A DNA stretch of 64,000 nt from Candidatus Latescibacterota bacterium (lineage in GTDB: Bacteria; Latescibacterota; UBA2968; UBA8231): NCBI GenBank assembly GCA_965197905.1, contig CBDAOB010000004.1:2048001-2112000 (forward strand), given 5' to 3'. How positions within the stretch are numbered: the first letter of the stretch is position 1; every line of letters begins with the position of its first letter. Shown here piece by piece: positions 28,776-39,223 of the stretch. Both the position numbers and the translations under genes were made by a program. A model generated the notes under the pieces. It was not told the origin of the DNA. It did no database searches and saw only the letters and a list, made by a program, of their open reading frames with translations.

Positions 28776-29708
28776 ATGAGCAATATACGACTGGGTGAGT
28801 GGGGCATTCGGCTGGCAGCCGTGACACTATCCGTTTTCATCTGGTTCCACGCCGTAACCGAGAACACCTACCACAGAGAATTTGACATTCCCATACAAGT
28901 CGGCGAGGTGTCATCCACCTCCGACGACGGTCTTGTGGTGATCGCGAATGAGGTCCCAAATCACGGTCGCGTTGTTGTTGCCGGCCGTGGCAAGGACCTC
29001 CTGCAGCTGGATGCGAACGCCTTCGTTCTGAAAATCCAACCTACAGGACACGCGGGCAGCTCGGCCACGCATCGGTTGTCGGTCTCTGATATCGAGAATC
29101 GAACTGCAAACAGCAGAATCCATGTTGAGCAAATCATTCGCCCGAAGGAAATTGACCTAGAATTCGACGTGCGCGTCGAGCGGGAAATCCTCGTGGATCC
29201 AATAGTAGAAATACGCATCGCTGAAGGACATACCCTGGTGGGCACGTCGACCGTCGAGCCGACTACGGTAACTGCGTACGGACCCAGTAGACAGGTCGCC
29301 GAATTACGAGTTGTAAAAACACACCCTGTTGTGCTGGACGGCGCAAAACAGGATATTCGGCGGCAGCTAATAATTGAGCGACCCTCCGGGACCCGTATCA
29401 CCATAGAACCCAACCAAGTGACGCTTACGGCCGATGTGCAAATCCTCGCGGAGGACGTCATTGAGAGTGTGCCCGTACGGATCAGAAACCTGGACACCAC
29501 TGCCGTAATCGCAGTCCCCTCAAGAGTTAAGGTCAAAGTACGCGGCGGAATCGACATTATCGCTTCCCTCGATCCCGAAAAAGACCTTGACCTATCCGTC
29601 GACTACGGCGCCTATGAAGGCAGCGAACTGTCGATCGAAGCGCCTTCGAACACTATCTTCGAGATTCGCGAAATCTCTCCTCCCGCCGTCCAGTTGGTTG
29701 AGCGGTGA
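28776..29708 (+). CDS. YbbR/CdaR-like membrane-anchored protein
   Basis: N-terminal anchor (LAAVTLSVFIWFHAV) and repeated YbbR-like beta domains (VEPTTVTAYGP, IEPNQVTL, VPSRVKVKVRG). Confidence 0.72.
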   Translation: MSNIRLGEWGIRLAAVTLSVFIWFHAVTENTYHREFDIPIQVGEVSSTSDDGLVVIANEVPNHGRVVVAGRGKDLLQLDANAFVLKIQPTGHAGSSATHRLSVSDIENRTANSRIHVEQIIRPKEIDLEFDVRVEREILVDPIVEIRIAEGHTLVGTSTVEPTTVTAYGPSRQVAELRVVKTHPVVLDGAKQDIRRQLIIERPSGTRITIEPNQVTLTADVQILAEDVIESVPVRIRNLDTTAVIAVPSRVKVKVRGGIDIIASLDPEKDLDLSVDYGAYEGSELSIEAPSNTIFEIREISPPAVQLVER

Positions 29709-29841
29709 GTCTTCCGGCCTCAGCGATTCGACATTATTTGCGTCCAGCTACCTCCCGACCGCAAATTCTCTCCTTCCTCTTAGCTCTTATCGTTCCGAGA
29801 CCCGAGGTGGCTGTCTGCGCTGGGCGGTTTGAGGTTCGAAA

Positions 29842-30855
29842 ATGAGAGTTCTCGGTATCGAATCGTCCTGCGACGAAACGTCCGCGGCGGTCATCGACGC
29901 GGACGGCACGTTGCTCGGTCACGTAATCCATTCCCAACAGGAACACGCGGCATACGGCGGGGTTGTCCCCGAACTGGCTTCTCGAGCCCACATACGAACC
30001 GTTGTGCCCACCATCCGCAAGGCGCTTGAGGAGTCGAAGTGTAATCTACACCAAATGGACGGAATAGCGGTGACGGCTGGACCCGGTCTGGTCGGTTCGC
30101 TGCTAGTCGGCATCAGCATCGCCAAGGGAATGGCGCTTGCCGTTAAAAAGAAACTGATTGGCGTTCATCACCTCGAAGGCCACATCTTCTCTATCCTACT
30201 TGAACATGAAAAATTCGAATCGCCGTTTCTAACGCTGCTCGTCTCGGGAGGTCATTCGGAAATCGTATTGGTGAAATCTCTGGGACACTACGAAGTTCTC
30301 GGCCGAACGCGGGACGATGCCGCAGGGGAGGCGTTCGACAAGGGGGCAAAGATGCTCGGCCTCTTGTCAGCAAGTGGGTCGATACACGGAGGCCGGCTCC
30401 TCGCCGAATCCGCCGCCGAGGGCAATCCCGACGCCATTCCGTTCCCAAGGGGACTTTGCAAGGAAGATACCCTCGATTTCAGCTTTAGTGGGCTAAAAAC
30501 AGCGCTTCGAAACCATATCGGTTCACTCTCCGAACGCGAGAGAAGTGTGATGCTGCCGCACATCGCAGCGAGTTTCGAAATGGCCATCGTGGACGCACTC
30601 GTCGCGAAAACCGTTAAAGCGATGCAAGGGTGCCAAATCAAGACGGTTGCGTTGGCGGGTGGGGTGGCGGCGAACGCGACCCTCCGCAGGAAGCTGAGCC
30701 AGGAAGTTGCGGCTCGTGGTGGAACTCTGCGTTACCCTTCTCCTATCTACTGCACGGACAACGCGGCCATGATCGCTGCCGTCGGCCGATTTCATCTCAT
30801 GAATGGGACCCAATCGGGCTACGATCTAGATGCCGATCCACGTATGAAATTGTAA
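29842..30855 (+). CDS. tsaD: tRNA t6A threonylcarbamoyltransferase
   Basis: LGIESSCDETS, YGGVVPELASRAH, GPGL, HHLEGH, VSGGHS, DDAAGEAFDK, FSFSGLKT, CTDNAAMIA. Confidence 0.97.
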   Translation: MRVLGIESSCDETSAAVIDADGTLLGHVIHSQQEHAAYGGVVPELASRAHIRTVVPTIRKALEESKCNLHQMDGIAVTAGPGLVGSLLVGISIAKGMALAVKKKLIGVHHLEGHIFSILLEHEKFESPFLTLLVSGGHSEIVLVKSLGHYEVLGRTRDDAAGEAFDKGAKMLGLLSASGSIHGGRLLAESAAEGNPDAIPFPRGLCKEDTLDFSFSGLKTALRNHIGSLSERERSVMLPHIAASFEMAIVDALVAKTVKAMQGCQIKTVALAGGVAANATLRRKLSQEVAARGGTLRYPSPIYCTDNAAMIAAVGRFHLMNGTQSGYDLDADPRMKL

Positions 30856-30856
30856 A

Positions 30857-33001
30857 ATGGATGTAGAAATCGGAGATCTGCAAGACATCAACATTGATCT
30901 GCTCGGGGGTTCTATATGGATCGTAATGGTCCCCCTGGCTATTCTCGTGGTCTGCCATTTGTATGCAAACACGAAACCGACGACCAGTCCGACCCTCCGT
31001 TGGACGCTGGCGACTGTCCGCTCGGTGACGTTGGTTTTGCTGCTGACATCGATGGCGGAGCCCGCCGTTTCGATGTTGCATCGGGTCCTGGTGCCCCCCC
31101 AGCTGTCAATTCTTCTCGACCGAAGCCAAAGCATGGCGGTAGTCGAGTCCGGGATCAGCCGGATGGGTCGCGTTGCTGGAATTCTGGGCGACGCGCAGTT
31201 TCAACAACAACTGAAAAAAGTAGACACAAGATATACTGCCGTGTCGGACACGGCCGAGAAGATTTCTCGCCCGACGGGAATGAATCTTTCCGCCGGTGGG
31301 CATTCAACCAATCTGTCCCGCGGAATCCGAATCGGCGGCCAACAGTTTACCGGACGAACCCAATCACGCTCGATGCTACTCATTTCGGACGGTGGTCACA
31401 ACCTCGGGGAAGATCCTGTAACCCTGGCGAAGGAGCTGGGCGTGCCCGTATTTGCCCTAGGTGTCGGCAGCCCTGAGGCAGCTCCCGATGTGCGCCTGGT
31501 TGATGTGGATCTTTCCAAATCGGCATACGTGGGTCATCCGCTCACTCTTGTGGTCAACCTAGTAAACCATGGATTCGCCGGTACTCCAGGTGAAGTGGTC
31601 GTCATGGACGGGGACGACACGTTAGCCACCAAGAAGCTCGTCCTGTCGAGGGCTGGCCAGACGCAGTCGGTATCGATTGATATCAACCCCAAGACGGCCG
31701 GACCTCGATATCTCCGGGTCCTCGTTGAACCACATATTGGGGAGGGAAATCGGAGCAACAACGAAATATTGGCTTTTACGAAAATCCTCGGAGCTCGTAT
31801 CAGGGTATTGCTTGTAGCCGGGGGTCCCAGTCACGAGTTGTCGTTCCTTTCCCGGAGCCTCGTGGCGGATTCAAGTATTGCGGTAACTTCGATGATCTAC
31901 AAGAACCAAGAAACCGCATATGAAGATCACTGGCAGGAGCTTTCCGGTGCGGACGTGGTGATTCTGTCAAATGTGGGTCAGGGTACAGTGTCAGGACAAC
32001 ACCTAAAGGCGATAGCGGAAAAGGTAGCAAAAGGCTCCGGTCTCTTGATCATAGGGGGCACTAAGGCATTTCAAAGCTGGATCGCTACTGAGGGTATAGA
32101 GAAGGTTCTCCCAGTAAGATTGGCCAATGCCGCATACGTAGCGAAGGAAATCCCCGTTCGAATATCCGAGGAAAGGCAGAGCCATCCCGTGCTTGCCCCT
32201 CTCGCCCGCGACGTTTGGTCCAACATTGCGCCCCTATCGGGGTATGTCCCAACCGTAAAGGAGGATCAGCGGGGCATTTCCCTCATGTACGCTCCGGTCG
32301 ATAAAGATCCCCCACTTGTCGTGGCTGGAACATATGGCGCCGGGAAAGTCATTGCAGCATTGTCGCCCTCGTTCTGGCGCTTGGACTTTGTAACCAGCGG
32401 TGCGGGGGGCCGGCCGCAGGGCATACGACATTTCTGGCAGAGCGCCGTCCACTGGATTGCGCAAAGAGAGTCAAGTGGTCGCCTACAAGCAGCGCCAGAA
32501 CGACAGGTCTATCGCGCGGGTGAGCCATTGACTTTTACGGCGCAGGTATTCGACGAGTTTTTCCGCGCTCAAAACGGCGCGGAGGTAACCGTAGCCTTTG
32601 GGGACGTCAGTTTTCAACTGGAAGAGGCCGACGGCGAATACCAAGGTACCTGGGACCGGCAGGGCTTGGAGCCTAGGCCCTACAGTTTTAACGCATCCGC
32701 GCGCTATGCAGGCCATGTTATCGGGGAAGATCGTGGCGAATTCGTGATCGAGGGCCACAGCGTTGAGGATGGAGATCTCCGAGCCGATACGCTGCTCTTG
32801 CAACAGATCGCCCAAGTCAGCGGGGGCCGTTATGGCCGCCTCGATAACTGGCAGGCGCTGATGCGGTCCCTGAATCTTCAAACTCAGATAGTGGAGGAAA
32901 TCGATACGCACCGATTGTGGGGGTCTATCTGGCCGATGGCCGCGGCAATAGCTCTATTAGTTGTGGAATGGACGGTGCGAAAACGCATCGGCATGATCTG
33001 A
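30857..33001 (+). CDS. Membrane protein with VWA and glutamine-amidotransferase-like domains
   Basis: N-terminal TMs, MIDAS LDRSQSM, LISDGGHN, GSGLLIIGG, YGAGKV..WR, C-terminal TM ending EWTVRKRIG. Confidence 0.75.
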   Translation: MDVEIGDLQDINIDLLGGSIWIVMVPLAILVVCHLYANTKPTTSPTLRWTLATVRSVTLVLLLTSMAEPAVSMLHRVLVPPQLSILLDRSQSMAVVESGISRMGRVAGILGDAQFQQQLKKVDTRYTAVSDTAEKISRPTGMNLSAGGHSTNLSRGIRIGGQQFTGRTQSRSMLLISDGGHNLGEDPVTLAKELGVPVFALGVGSPEAAPDVRLVDVDLSKSAYVGHPLTLVVNLVNHGFAGTPGEVVVMDGDDTLATKKLVLSRAGQTQSVSIDINPKTAGPRYLRVLVEPHIGEGNRSNNEILAFTKILGARIRVLLVAGGPSHELSFLSRSLVADSSIAVTSMIYKNQETAYEDHWQELSGADVVILSNVGQGTVSGQHLKAIAEKVAKGSGLLIIGGTKAFQSWIATEGIEKVLPVRLANAAYVAKEIPVRISEERQSHPVLAPLARDVWSNIAPLSGYVPTVKEDQRGISLMYAPVDKDPPLVVAGTYGAGKVIAALSPSFWRLDFVTSGAGGRPQGIRHFWQSAVHWIAQRESSGRLQAAPERQVYRAGEPLTFTAQVFDEFFRAQNGAEVTVAFGDVSFQLEEADGEYQGTWDRQGLEPRPYSFNASARYAGHVIGEDRGEFVIEGHSVEDGDLRADTLLLQQIAQVSGGRYGRLDNWQALMRSLNLQTQIVEEIDTHRLWGSIWPMAAAIALLVVEWTVRKRIGMI

Positions 33002-33022
33002 CCGAACTCCGATATTCCATAT

Positions 33023-33886
33023 ATGCGCCGCACACAGTACCCATATGTTACCCTCATTGGCCTGTTTCTGACCCAGACCGCGGTTTCCCCCCAGGTGGTT
33101 CTAAACGAGGTGATGTATGATCCCGCCGGCCCCGAACACCACGACGAATTCGTCGAGCTCAAAAACCTCAACGAATATACATCTGTCGATCTTCACGGCT
33201 GGAGCGTGGGTGATGATGAGGAACTCGACAGCCTGGTCGACGTTGGCGACGGCCTTACCCTTGGTCCTGGGCAACTCGGTCTGGTGCTCGACGCCAGTTA
33301 CTTCGGCAACTCTACGACCTACGAACACGTGCCAACAGACGTTATTTTACTTACTATTAATGATAGGGCGTTCGGCAAGACAGGTTGGTCAAACTCCAGA
33401 AAAGAAACCGTCTTTCTAAGGGATTCCGCCGGCGGTACGGTTGATCTGTTTATCTATTCTTCACAGAGCAGATCGGGTTTTTCCTGGGAACGAGTCGACT
33501 CTACCGGTGAAGGACGCGCGATGTGGGATCTTGCCTTCGTCGCCGGTGGTACACCGGGTGCGATAAACAGTCGCGAGCTCATACATGTGCCGCAGCAGCT
33601 GGAACTCGAAGCGGATCCCAACCCATTCGTCAGGGAGCTCGCCATTCGACTTTCTCTGCCGGCGCGGTCAGGGCTGGCCAATCTCTGGCTTTTCGATATT
33701 GAAGGAACTCGCGTCAGAGAGATACTGAATGGCGACGACGTTTCGACCCACGGCGAATTCCTCTGGGATGGCAAAGACAAGAATGGCCGCGAGGTGCCAC
33801 CCGGACGCTACATTGTTTACGTCGAAGTAAACGTGAGGGGCGTCGTTCAACAGAAGAAAATCGTCGTCGTTCGCACCGTCGAATAA
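33023..33886 (+). CDS. Secreted lamin-tail-domain protein with FlgD-Ig-like tail
   Basis: VVLNEVMYDP..EFVELKN, GTPGAIN; PNPF..WDGKDKNGREVPPGRYI. Confidence 0.8.
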   Translation: MRRTQYPYVTLIGLFLTQTAVSPQVVLNEVMYDPAGPEHHDEFVELKNLNEYTSVDLHGWSVGDDEELDSLVDVGDGLTLGPGQLGLVLDASYFGNSTTYEHVPTDVILLTINDRAFGKTGWSNSRKETVFLRDSAGGTVDLFIYSSQSRSGFSWERVDSTGEGRAMWDLAFVAGGTPGAINSRELIHVPQQLELEADPNPFVRELAIRLSLPARSGLANLWLFDIEGTRVREILNGDDVSTHGEFLWDGKDKNGREVPPGRYIVYVEVNVRGVVQQKKIVVVRTVE

Positions 33887-34004
33887 TTTTAACCAACCCT
33901 CCAAGCCCATCCCCGGGTCAAGTGGTTGGTTGATAGGTCAACGCATCCCGCTTCCTCTGCTCCCCACCACCCCTGCACAGTTTCACCTCGTTGGAGTCCA
34001 ACCG

Positions 34005-36344
34005 ATGGTTAGCGATGCGCGTCACAATCCGGGCGGTAGAAAAGGATCGAGGGCGATCGGTGTCATCCTGCTCGCGCTTGGCATTTTTCTGGCCGTAAGC
34101 CTCTTATCCTATTCGCCGCAGGACTATCCGAATTCCAGCAATTCGCCAAACGACAGCACGAACTGGGCAGGATACACCGGAGCCTACTTCGCATTCGGGG
34201 CGTTCTTTGGAATCGGATACGCGGCCTATCTCCTTCCAGTACTTGCTCTGGTCTGGGGCTGGAACCGCCTATGTCAGAACTCGATCTCACACGCACTATA
34301 CCGCACGGGAACCCTTCTTAGTGTCTGCTTGCTTTTCTGCGTTGGAGCTGGACTGCCGCTCTATTCCTCATACACCGCGTTCGAACTCGGCGGCTGGCTC
34401 GGTACCTACTCAAGCGAAGTAGTGCTCATCCCCTACGCAGGTCGAATCGGATCAGCCATCCTGTTGGTGGCTCTGTCGATAGCGGCATTGATGTTGACTA
34501 CAGATGTGAATCTGCGGCCTGTTGCGAGAGCCGCAAGAGCCCTCTGGGCTTCGAAAAAGCTACATGTTCTGATGAATACGTTCATTGCATTGGGAAGAGT
34601 CCCGCACCTGTTGTGGTCGCGGGCAGGTTACTACCTGAAATATTTCCGATCAAACTCAGGCAACACAAAGCTCCGAATGCCCGATCCAAAAGAAACCTAC
34701 AGCAGTGTCGACAGTCTACATGACACAGACATCGATGGAAACCACCTAGTGTTTTCAACGGGAGAACAGGAAGCGCCTCCAGAGATCCGGCGTGATATAC
34801 CAATTACGGCGCCCCCCGTGCGAATGCCGTCTGGGGACAGCAAAACCCCCGGCCCCAATGTCAACTGGAAAAAGAGAACACAGTCGCCTCATTTCCGCAT
34901 GCCAATAGTCGGCGTGGTGATGGATACGGTACCCAACAATCCCGGAGAGCTCAGTAGGGAAGAGCTGCTTGAGAATGCCCGCGTTCTAGAGGAAGCCCTG
35001 AGCGACTTCGATGTAACCTGTAAGGTTGTTGAGGTGATTCCCGGACCCGTTGTCACCCGCTACGAATTGGAGCCAGCCTCCGGAGTTAAGGTCAATAGGA
35101 TTGTCACCCTTACAGACGATCTGGCGCGGGTTATGAGCGCGCGTGGCATACGCATCCAAGCACCCGTACCCGGCAAGTCTGTCGTTGGCATCGAAATTGC
35201 CAACCAGACCAACGAGGTCGTCTATTTGCGAGATATACTCGAATCCGAAGAGTTCAAGAAGGCGCCATCAAAGCTCACCATGGCCTTGGGTAAATCGATC
35301 ACCGGGGAATCATTTGTCGCAGATCTTGCTAAAATGCCCCACTTGCTAATTGCGGGTGCGACGGGCTCGGGGAAAAGCGTCTGCATCAACAGTTTGATCT
35401 CAAGTATCCTGTTTAAGGCAAGTCCGGAGGAGGTTCGCCTGCTGATGGTCGATCCCAAGGTCGTCGAACTGACGGTCTACAACGGGATCCCGCATCTACT
35501 CGTACCGGTAATCACTGAGCCACAGCGCGCTTCGGAGGCGTTACGGTGGACGGTTGCGGAGATGGAGGTTCGCTACCGGAAGCTTGCCGAGTTGGGGGTC
35601 CGCAACCTGGCGGATTACAACCGGAAGCTGCCGAAGGTCAACAAGGAGGACGAAAAAGCTGGAATCGAGCCTACGAATCCCCTCCCCTACATCGTTGTCA
35701 TCGTCGACGAGTTTTCTGATCTGATGTTGACGGCTCCAGCAGATGTCGAAACGTCCCTCATGAGCCTCGCCCAGAAATCACGTGCTGTCGGCATCCACAT
35801 CATTTTGGCCACCCAAAGGCCTTCCGTCAACGTAATCACGGGCGTCATCAAAGCTAATTTTCCATCGAGGATCGCATTCCAGGTGCCATCAAAAACCGAT
35901 TCGCGCACCATTCTCGACCTCAACGGGGCCGAACGTCTGTTGGGTAGGGGAGATATGCTCTTTCTCCCAGCTGGTCAGGGTGAACCGATCCGTGTTCACG
36001 GCGCCTACATATCCGGAGACGAAATCGAGCGTCTGGTGGAGTCCCTGCAGGATTCCGAATACGAAACCGAAGATGTTGCGGTCTTCTCAGCGCATGCGGA
36101 TATTAACGACTCGTCTGCCGACGACCGTGATGAGTTGTTCGATGAAGCGGTCCGGCTGACGGTTGAATCTGAGCAGGCTTCGACCTCGTACCTCCAACGA
36201 CGCATGAAGATCGGGTACTCGCGCGCGGCGCGCCTCATGGACGAACTCGAGGCCGCCGGAATTGTTGGTCCGGCCGAGGGCGCCAAGCCGCGGAAGATCT
36301 TCGTGACGGCAGAAGATCTGGAAGGGACTACCGCAAATCCGTGA
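34005..36344 (+). CDS. ftsK: DNA translocase FtsK
   Basis: 4TM domain, GPVVTRYE, PHLLIAGATGSGKS, DPKVVEL, VDEFSDL, ATQRPSV, gamma domain LQRRMKIGYSRAARL. Start ATG 34005 after GGAG. Confidence 0.96.
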   Translation: MVSDARHNPGGRKGSRAIGVILLALGIFLAVSLLSYSPQDYPNSSNSPNDSTNWAGYTGAYFAFGAFFGIGYAAYLLPVLALVWGWNRLCQNSISHALYRTGTLLSVCLLFCVGAGLPLYSSYTAFELGGWLGTYSSEVVLIPYAGRIGSAILLVALSIAALMLTTDVNLRPVARAARALWASKKLHVLMNTFIALGRVPHLLWSRAGYYLKYFRSNSGNTKLRMPDPKETYSSVDSLHDTDIDGNHLVFSTGEQEAPPEIRRDIPITAPPVRMPSGDSKTPGPNVNWKKRTQSPHFRMPIVGVVMDTVPNNPGELSREELLENARVLEEALSDFDVTCKVVEVIPGPVVTRYELEPASGVKVNRIVTLTDDLARVMSARGIRIQAPVPGKSVVGIEIANQTNEVVYLRDILESEEFKKAPSKLTMALGKSITGESFVADLAKMPHLLIAGATGSGKSVCINSLISSILFKASPEEVRLLMVDPKVVELTVYNGIPHLLVPVITEPQRASEALRWTVAEMEVRYRKLAELGVRNLADYNRKLPKVNKEDEKAGIEPTNPLPYIVVIVDEFSDLMLTAPADVETSLMSLAQKSRAVGIHIILATQRPSVNVITGVIKANFPSRIAFQVPSKTDSRTILDLNGAERLLGRGDMLFLPAGQGEPIRVHGAYISGDEIERLVESLQDSEYETEDVAVFSAHADINDSSADDRDELFDEAVRLTVESEQASTSYLQRRMKIGYSRAARLMDELEAAGIVGPAEGAKPRKIFVTAEDLEGTTANP

Positions 36345-37024
36345 TTGAAGTCGAAGGTTGGCGCTGGACAAGAGTCTGGTCACTTCTGCTGGTGCTCCTT
36401 GCCGAGGGTTCTTGGACACCGGCGTTCAGTGCGCGGAGCGGCGCCGAGATTCTCGCCGAGATCGAAAAGAGATTCGGCACCTACAAGACCTTCTCCGCCA
36501 GGTTTGAAAAGCAGTTCTATTGGGCGATTCTCGATGAAAAACACACGCGTCAGGGCCGCATTTACACCCGACATCCCAACCAGTTTCGAGTCGAGACGGA
36601 TGACGGCAACATGGTGTTGGCAGACGGGCAGACGATCTGGGCTTTCGTCAAGCAAAATGAACAGATAATCGCCAGTTCATACGATGGGGAATTGCGTACG
36701 CCGTGGGAGATACTCCTGGCCTACACGGCAAACTACCTCCCCGTCCAGGTGGAGGAGCTCAAATACGAGGGACGACCTGCCTTTGCCGTCAGCCTGAGGC
36801 CGCGACTGCAAAATTCTTCCATTAGCCAGCTGAAGATCTGGGTGAGCAAAAAAGATTGGTTTCTATTGAAGGTCAAACAAACAGAAACAAACAACGACGT
36901 GACGACTTATCTCCTCAAAGAGCACGAGCCCAACAAGAAACTGGACGAGGATCTGTTCGCATTCGATCCACCTGAAAACGTTGAGCTAATAGATCAGAGA
37001 AGATCTGCTTCGCCGGATCGATAA
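36341..37024 (+). CDS. lolA: Outer-membrane lipoprotein carrier LolA
   Basis: Signal peptide, FSARFEKQ..G.I..HPNQFRV, LADGQTIW, FAFDPPENVELID; follows ftsK. Confidence 0.8.
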   Translation: MIEVEGWRWTRVWSLLLVLLAEGSWTPAFSARSGAEILAEIEKRFGTYKTFSARFEKQFYWAILDEKHTRQGRIYTRHPNQFRVETDDGNMVLADGQTIWAFVKQNEQIIASSYDGELRTPWEILLAYTANYLPVQVEELKYEGRPAFAVSLRPRLQNSSISQLKIWVSKKDWFLLKVKQTETNNDVTTYLLKEHEPNKKLDEDLFAFDPPENVELIDQRRSASPDR

Positions 37025-37057
37025 GGTGCTCGCCGCACCCGTCAATCGCTCTTCACA

Positions 37058-38722
37058 TTGACTCTTAATCCTTCCAATCAGACTCGTCGATTCTTGACGA
37101 TGGTTACGACCGGCATCCTGTTGTCAGCGAGCAACCTCCATGCAGTCGCAACCGAGTTCTGGGTGTTGCTCGACAATAAACCAGGTCTAGATGGCGCCAG
37201 GATTTCATGGAATCGGAACCCGCTGCACCACGAAAATGAAGTTCTGAATCTTCCGTTGAATCCGGGTTACATAGCTGAAGTTGCCGCCACAGGTGCGAAG
37301 ATCCGCGTTTGTTCGCGGTGGTTCAACGCCGTAAGCGTCAGCGCCGATCAAGAAACCGCGTTGCGCATCGACAACCTGCCGTTCGTGCGGGGCCTGGAAC
37401 CTGTGCCAAAGGCGCGGAGAGTTCAATACGAACCCGGTATCGCGTCTGATACGTTTTCCAAACCGACGCAGGACGAGTACGGCCCCTCTCTTGCCCAACT
37501 GGCGCAGATCGGTGTGGTCGCGTTGCACGGCGAGGGTTATCGCGGGCAGGGAATCCGCATTGCGGTACTGGACAATGGATTCCATTACACCGAACATCAG
37601 GCATTCGAGCAAATGAGGATCGTCGAAGAGTTCGACTTTGTAAACAACGACGAAATCGTTTCAGATCAGGATAATCAGCCGACTACCGGTGACGAAACCG
37701 CGTCAAATCAGAATATTCACGGTGCCCAGGTCCTGTCCATTCTGGGAGGTTTCGACCCTGGACGTCTCGTCGGTGTTGCGCCGGAAGCGGAATATCTCTT
37801 GGCGAAAACCGAAGACAACGACAGCGAGTTGCCGATCGAGGAGGATTGGTGGATTGCAGGGGTCGAATGGGCAGACAGCCTTCAGGCCGATGTTATAAAC
37901 AGCTCCCTTGGGTACAACACATGGGAGGACGGAACGGGATACGAATACCAGGATCTCGACGGCATGACGGCAAGAACCACAGTGGCGGCTGAAATAGCGT
38001 CCCGCATGGGAATGGTACTGGTCGTTTCCGCCGGTAACGAAGGGGACAAACCGTGGACCTACGTCACGACCCCGGCAGACGCTGACGCTGCCCTCGCCGT
38101 CGGCGCCGTGGACGCCCGAAACCAAATCCTTGCCTTCAGCTCCCGCGGCCCGACAGCCGACGGTCGCATCAAGCCAGACCTGGTCGCCCCCGGCGGTGCG
38201 GTGCTGATGGCCGCAGTGCGAAACGGCAACTACGTGCGCAATCGTGGCACATCATTCGCCGCGCCTCTTGTTAGCGGCGTTTGCGCTCTGCTGCTCCAGA
38301 TAGAACCGTTGGATCCCGAGACGATGCGCCAACGGTTGCGTTCCACAGCCACCGACTTGGGGCCCGTCGGACCTGACACCTTGTACGGTTGGGGTCTGGT
38401 CAATGCTCTTGCCGCCATGGGGGTAGGAGTCCCCGACGTGAGCGCTTCGGATTCCCCCTACCCGAACCCGAACACGAGCGGAGTCGTCCATTTCCCGCTC
38501 CTATTGTCAACACCAGATGAGGTCTCGGTCCGCATCTTTGATATTGCCGGCGCAATTGTGGATCAGCTACCACCCCGGCCGTTTGCAGCCGGCGATTTCA
38601 GACGCCCCGAGCGTGCCTTGAGATGGACCGTTCCCCCTGGTTTGGGCAACGGAGTATACCAGTTCGTATTACAGACCACGTCGTTCACACGACACGGGAA
38701 GATCGCGCTCGTCCGCGATTAG
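37058..38722 (+). CDS. Secreted S8 subtilisin-like peptidase with T9SS-like tail
   Basis: Catalytic triad IAVLDNG / HGAQV / GTSFAAP, SAGNEG, FSSRGP..GRIKPD; C-terminal PYPNP..GVYQF. Start may be ATG 37100. Confidence 0.88.
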   Translation: MTLNPSNQTRRFLTMVTTGILLSASNLHAVATEFWVLLDNKPGLDGARISWNRNPLHHENEVLNLPLNPGYIAEVAATGAKIRVCSRWFNAVSVSADQETALRIDNLPFVRGLEPVPKARRVQYEPGIASDTFSKPTQDEYGPSLAQLAQIGVVALHGEGYRGQGIRIAVLDNGFHYTEHQAFEQMRIVEEFDFVNNDEIVSDQDNQPTTGDETASNQNIHGAQVLSILGGFDPGRLVGVAPEAEYLLAKTEDNDSELPIEEDWWIAGVEWADSLQADVINSSLGYNTWEDGTGYEYQDLDGMTARTTVAAEIASRMGMVLVVSAGNEGDKPWTYVTTPADADAALAVGAVDARNQILAFSSRGPTADGRIKPDLVAPGGAVLMAAVRNGNYVRNRGTSFAAPLVSGVCALLLQIEPLDPETMRQRLRSTATDLGPVGPDTLYGWGLVNALAAMGVGVPDVSASDSPYPNPNTSGVVHFPLLLSTPDEVSVRIFDIAGAIVDQLPPRPFAAGDFRRPERALRWTVPPGLGNGVYQFVLQTTSFTRHGKIALVRD

Positions 38723-38736
38723 CTTCGTCACCTGCC

Positions 38737-39213
38737 ATGGCAATGCCCCAGTTTGAGTTCCGGTGGCCCAACGGGTATGTAGTGCTTGCGGTTCTTCTTT
38801 TGGTACCTCTGTACATGATTGTCCGCGTCACGGGAGGTTCGCTGGAGAAGGTGCGCGAGCTTCCCGAGCTAATCGATCGATTTCAGAACCCACTTGTGTG
38901 GAGTGTGCCGGAAGGGGGCGTTCGTTACTTGCACATATTCGATGGGGAGCCGACGGAAGGAAGCAAGTTCGTTCTCGTCCAGATTCAAATGGAAGCCCGA
39001 ATGAAAATCGGTTACGAGATTACTCCCTCTAGTTTTCGTCTCGTCGATGACATGGATGAGACCTACCTTCCCCTCGTTCGCTCTCCGTTGTTCCTGAACA
39101 GATCCACCAGTTTCGGTTTAGATCGCGGTGACGTATTTGAGGACGAATTGCTGTTCGAAATACCCCTTGAACGAAAATCGGTCCGACTCTTGTTCGACCG
39201 ATACTGGGAATAA
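38737..39213 (+). CDS. Membrane-anchored DUF4352-like Ig-fold protein
   Basis: N-terminal TM; EGSKFVLVQI, FRLVDDMDETY, LLFEIP pattern. Confidence 0.6.
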   Translation: MAMPQFEFRWPNGYVVLAVLLLVPLYMIVRVTGGSLEKVRELPELIDRFQNPLVWSVPEGGVRYLHIFDGEPTEGSKFVLVQIQMEARMKIGYEITPSSFRLVDDMDETYLPLVRSPLFLNRSTSFGLDRGDVFEDELLFEIPLERKSVRLLFDRYWE

Positions 39214-39223
39214 GGAGGACACC

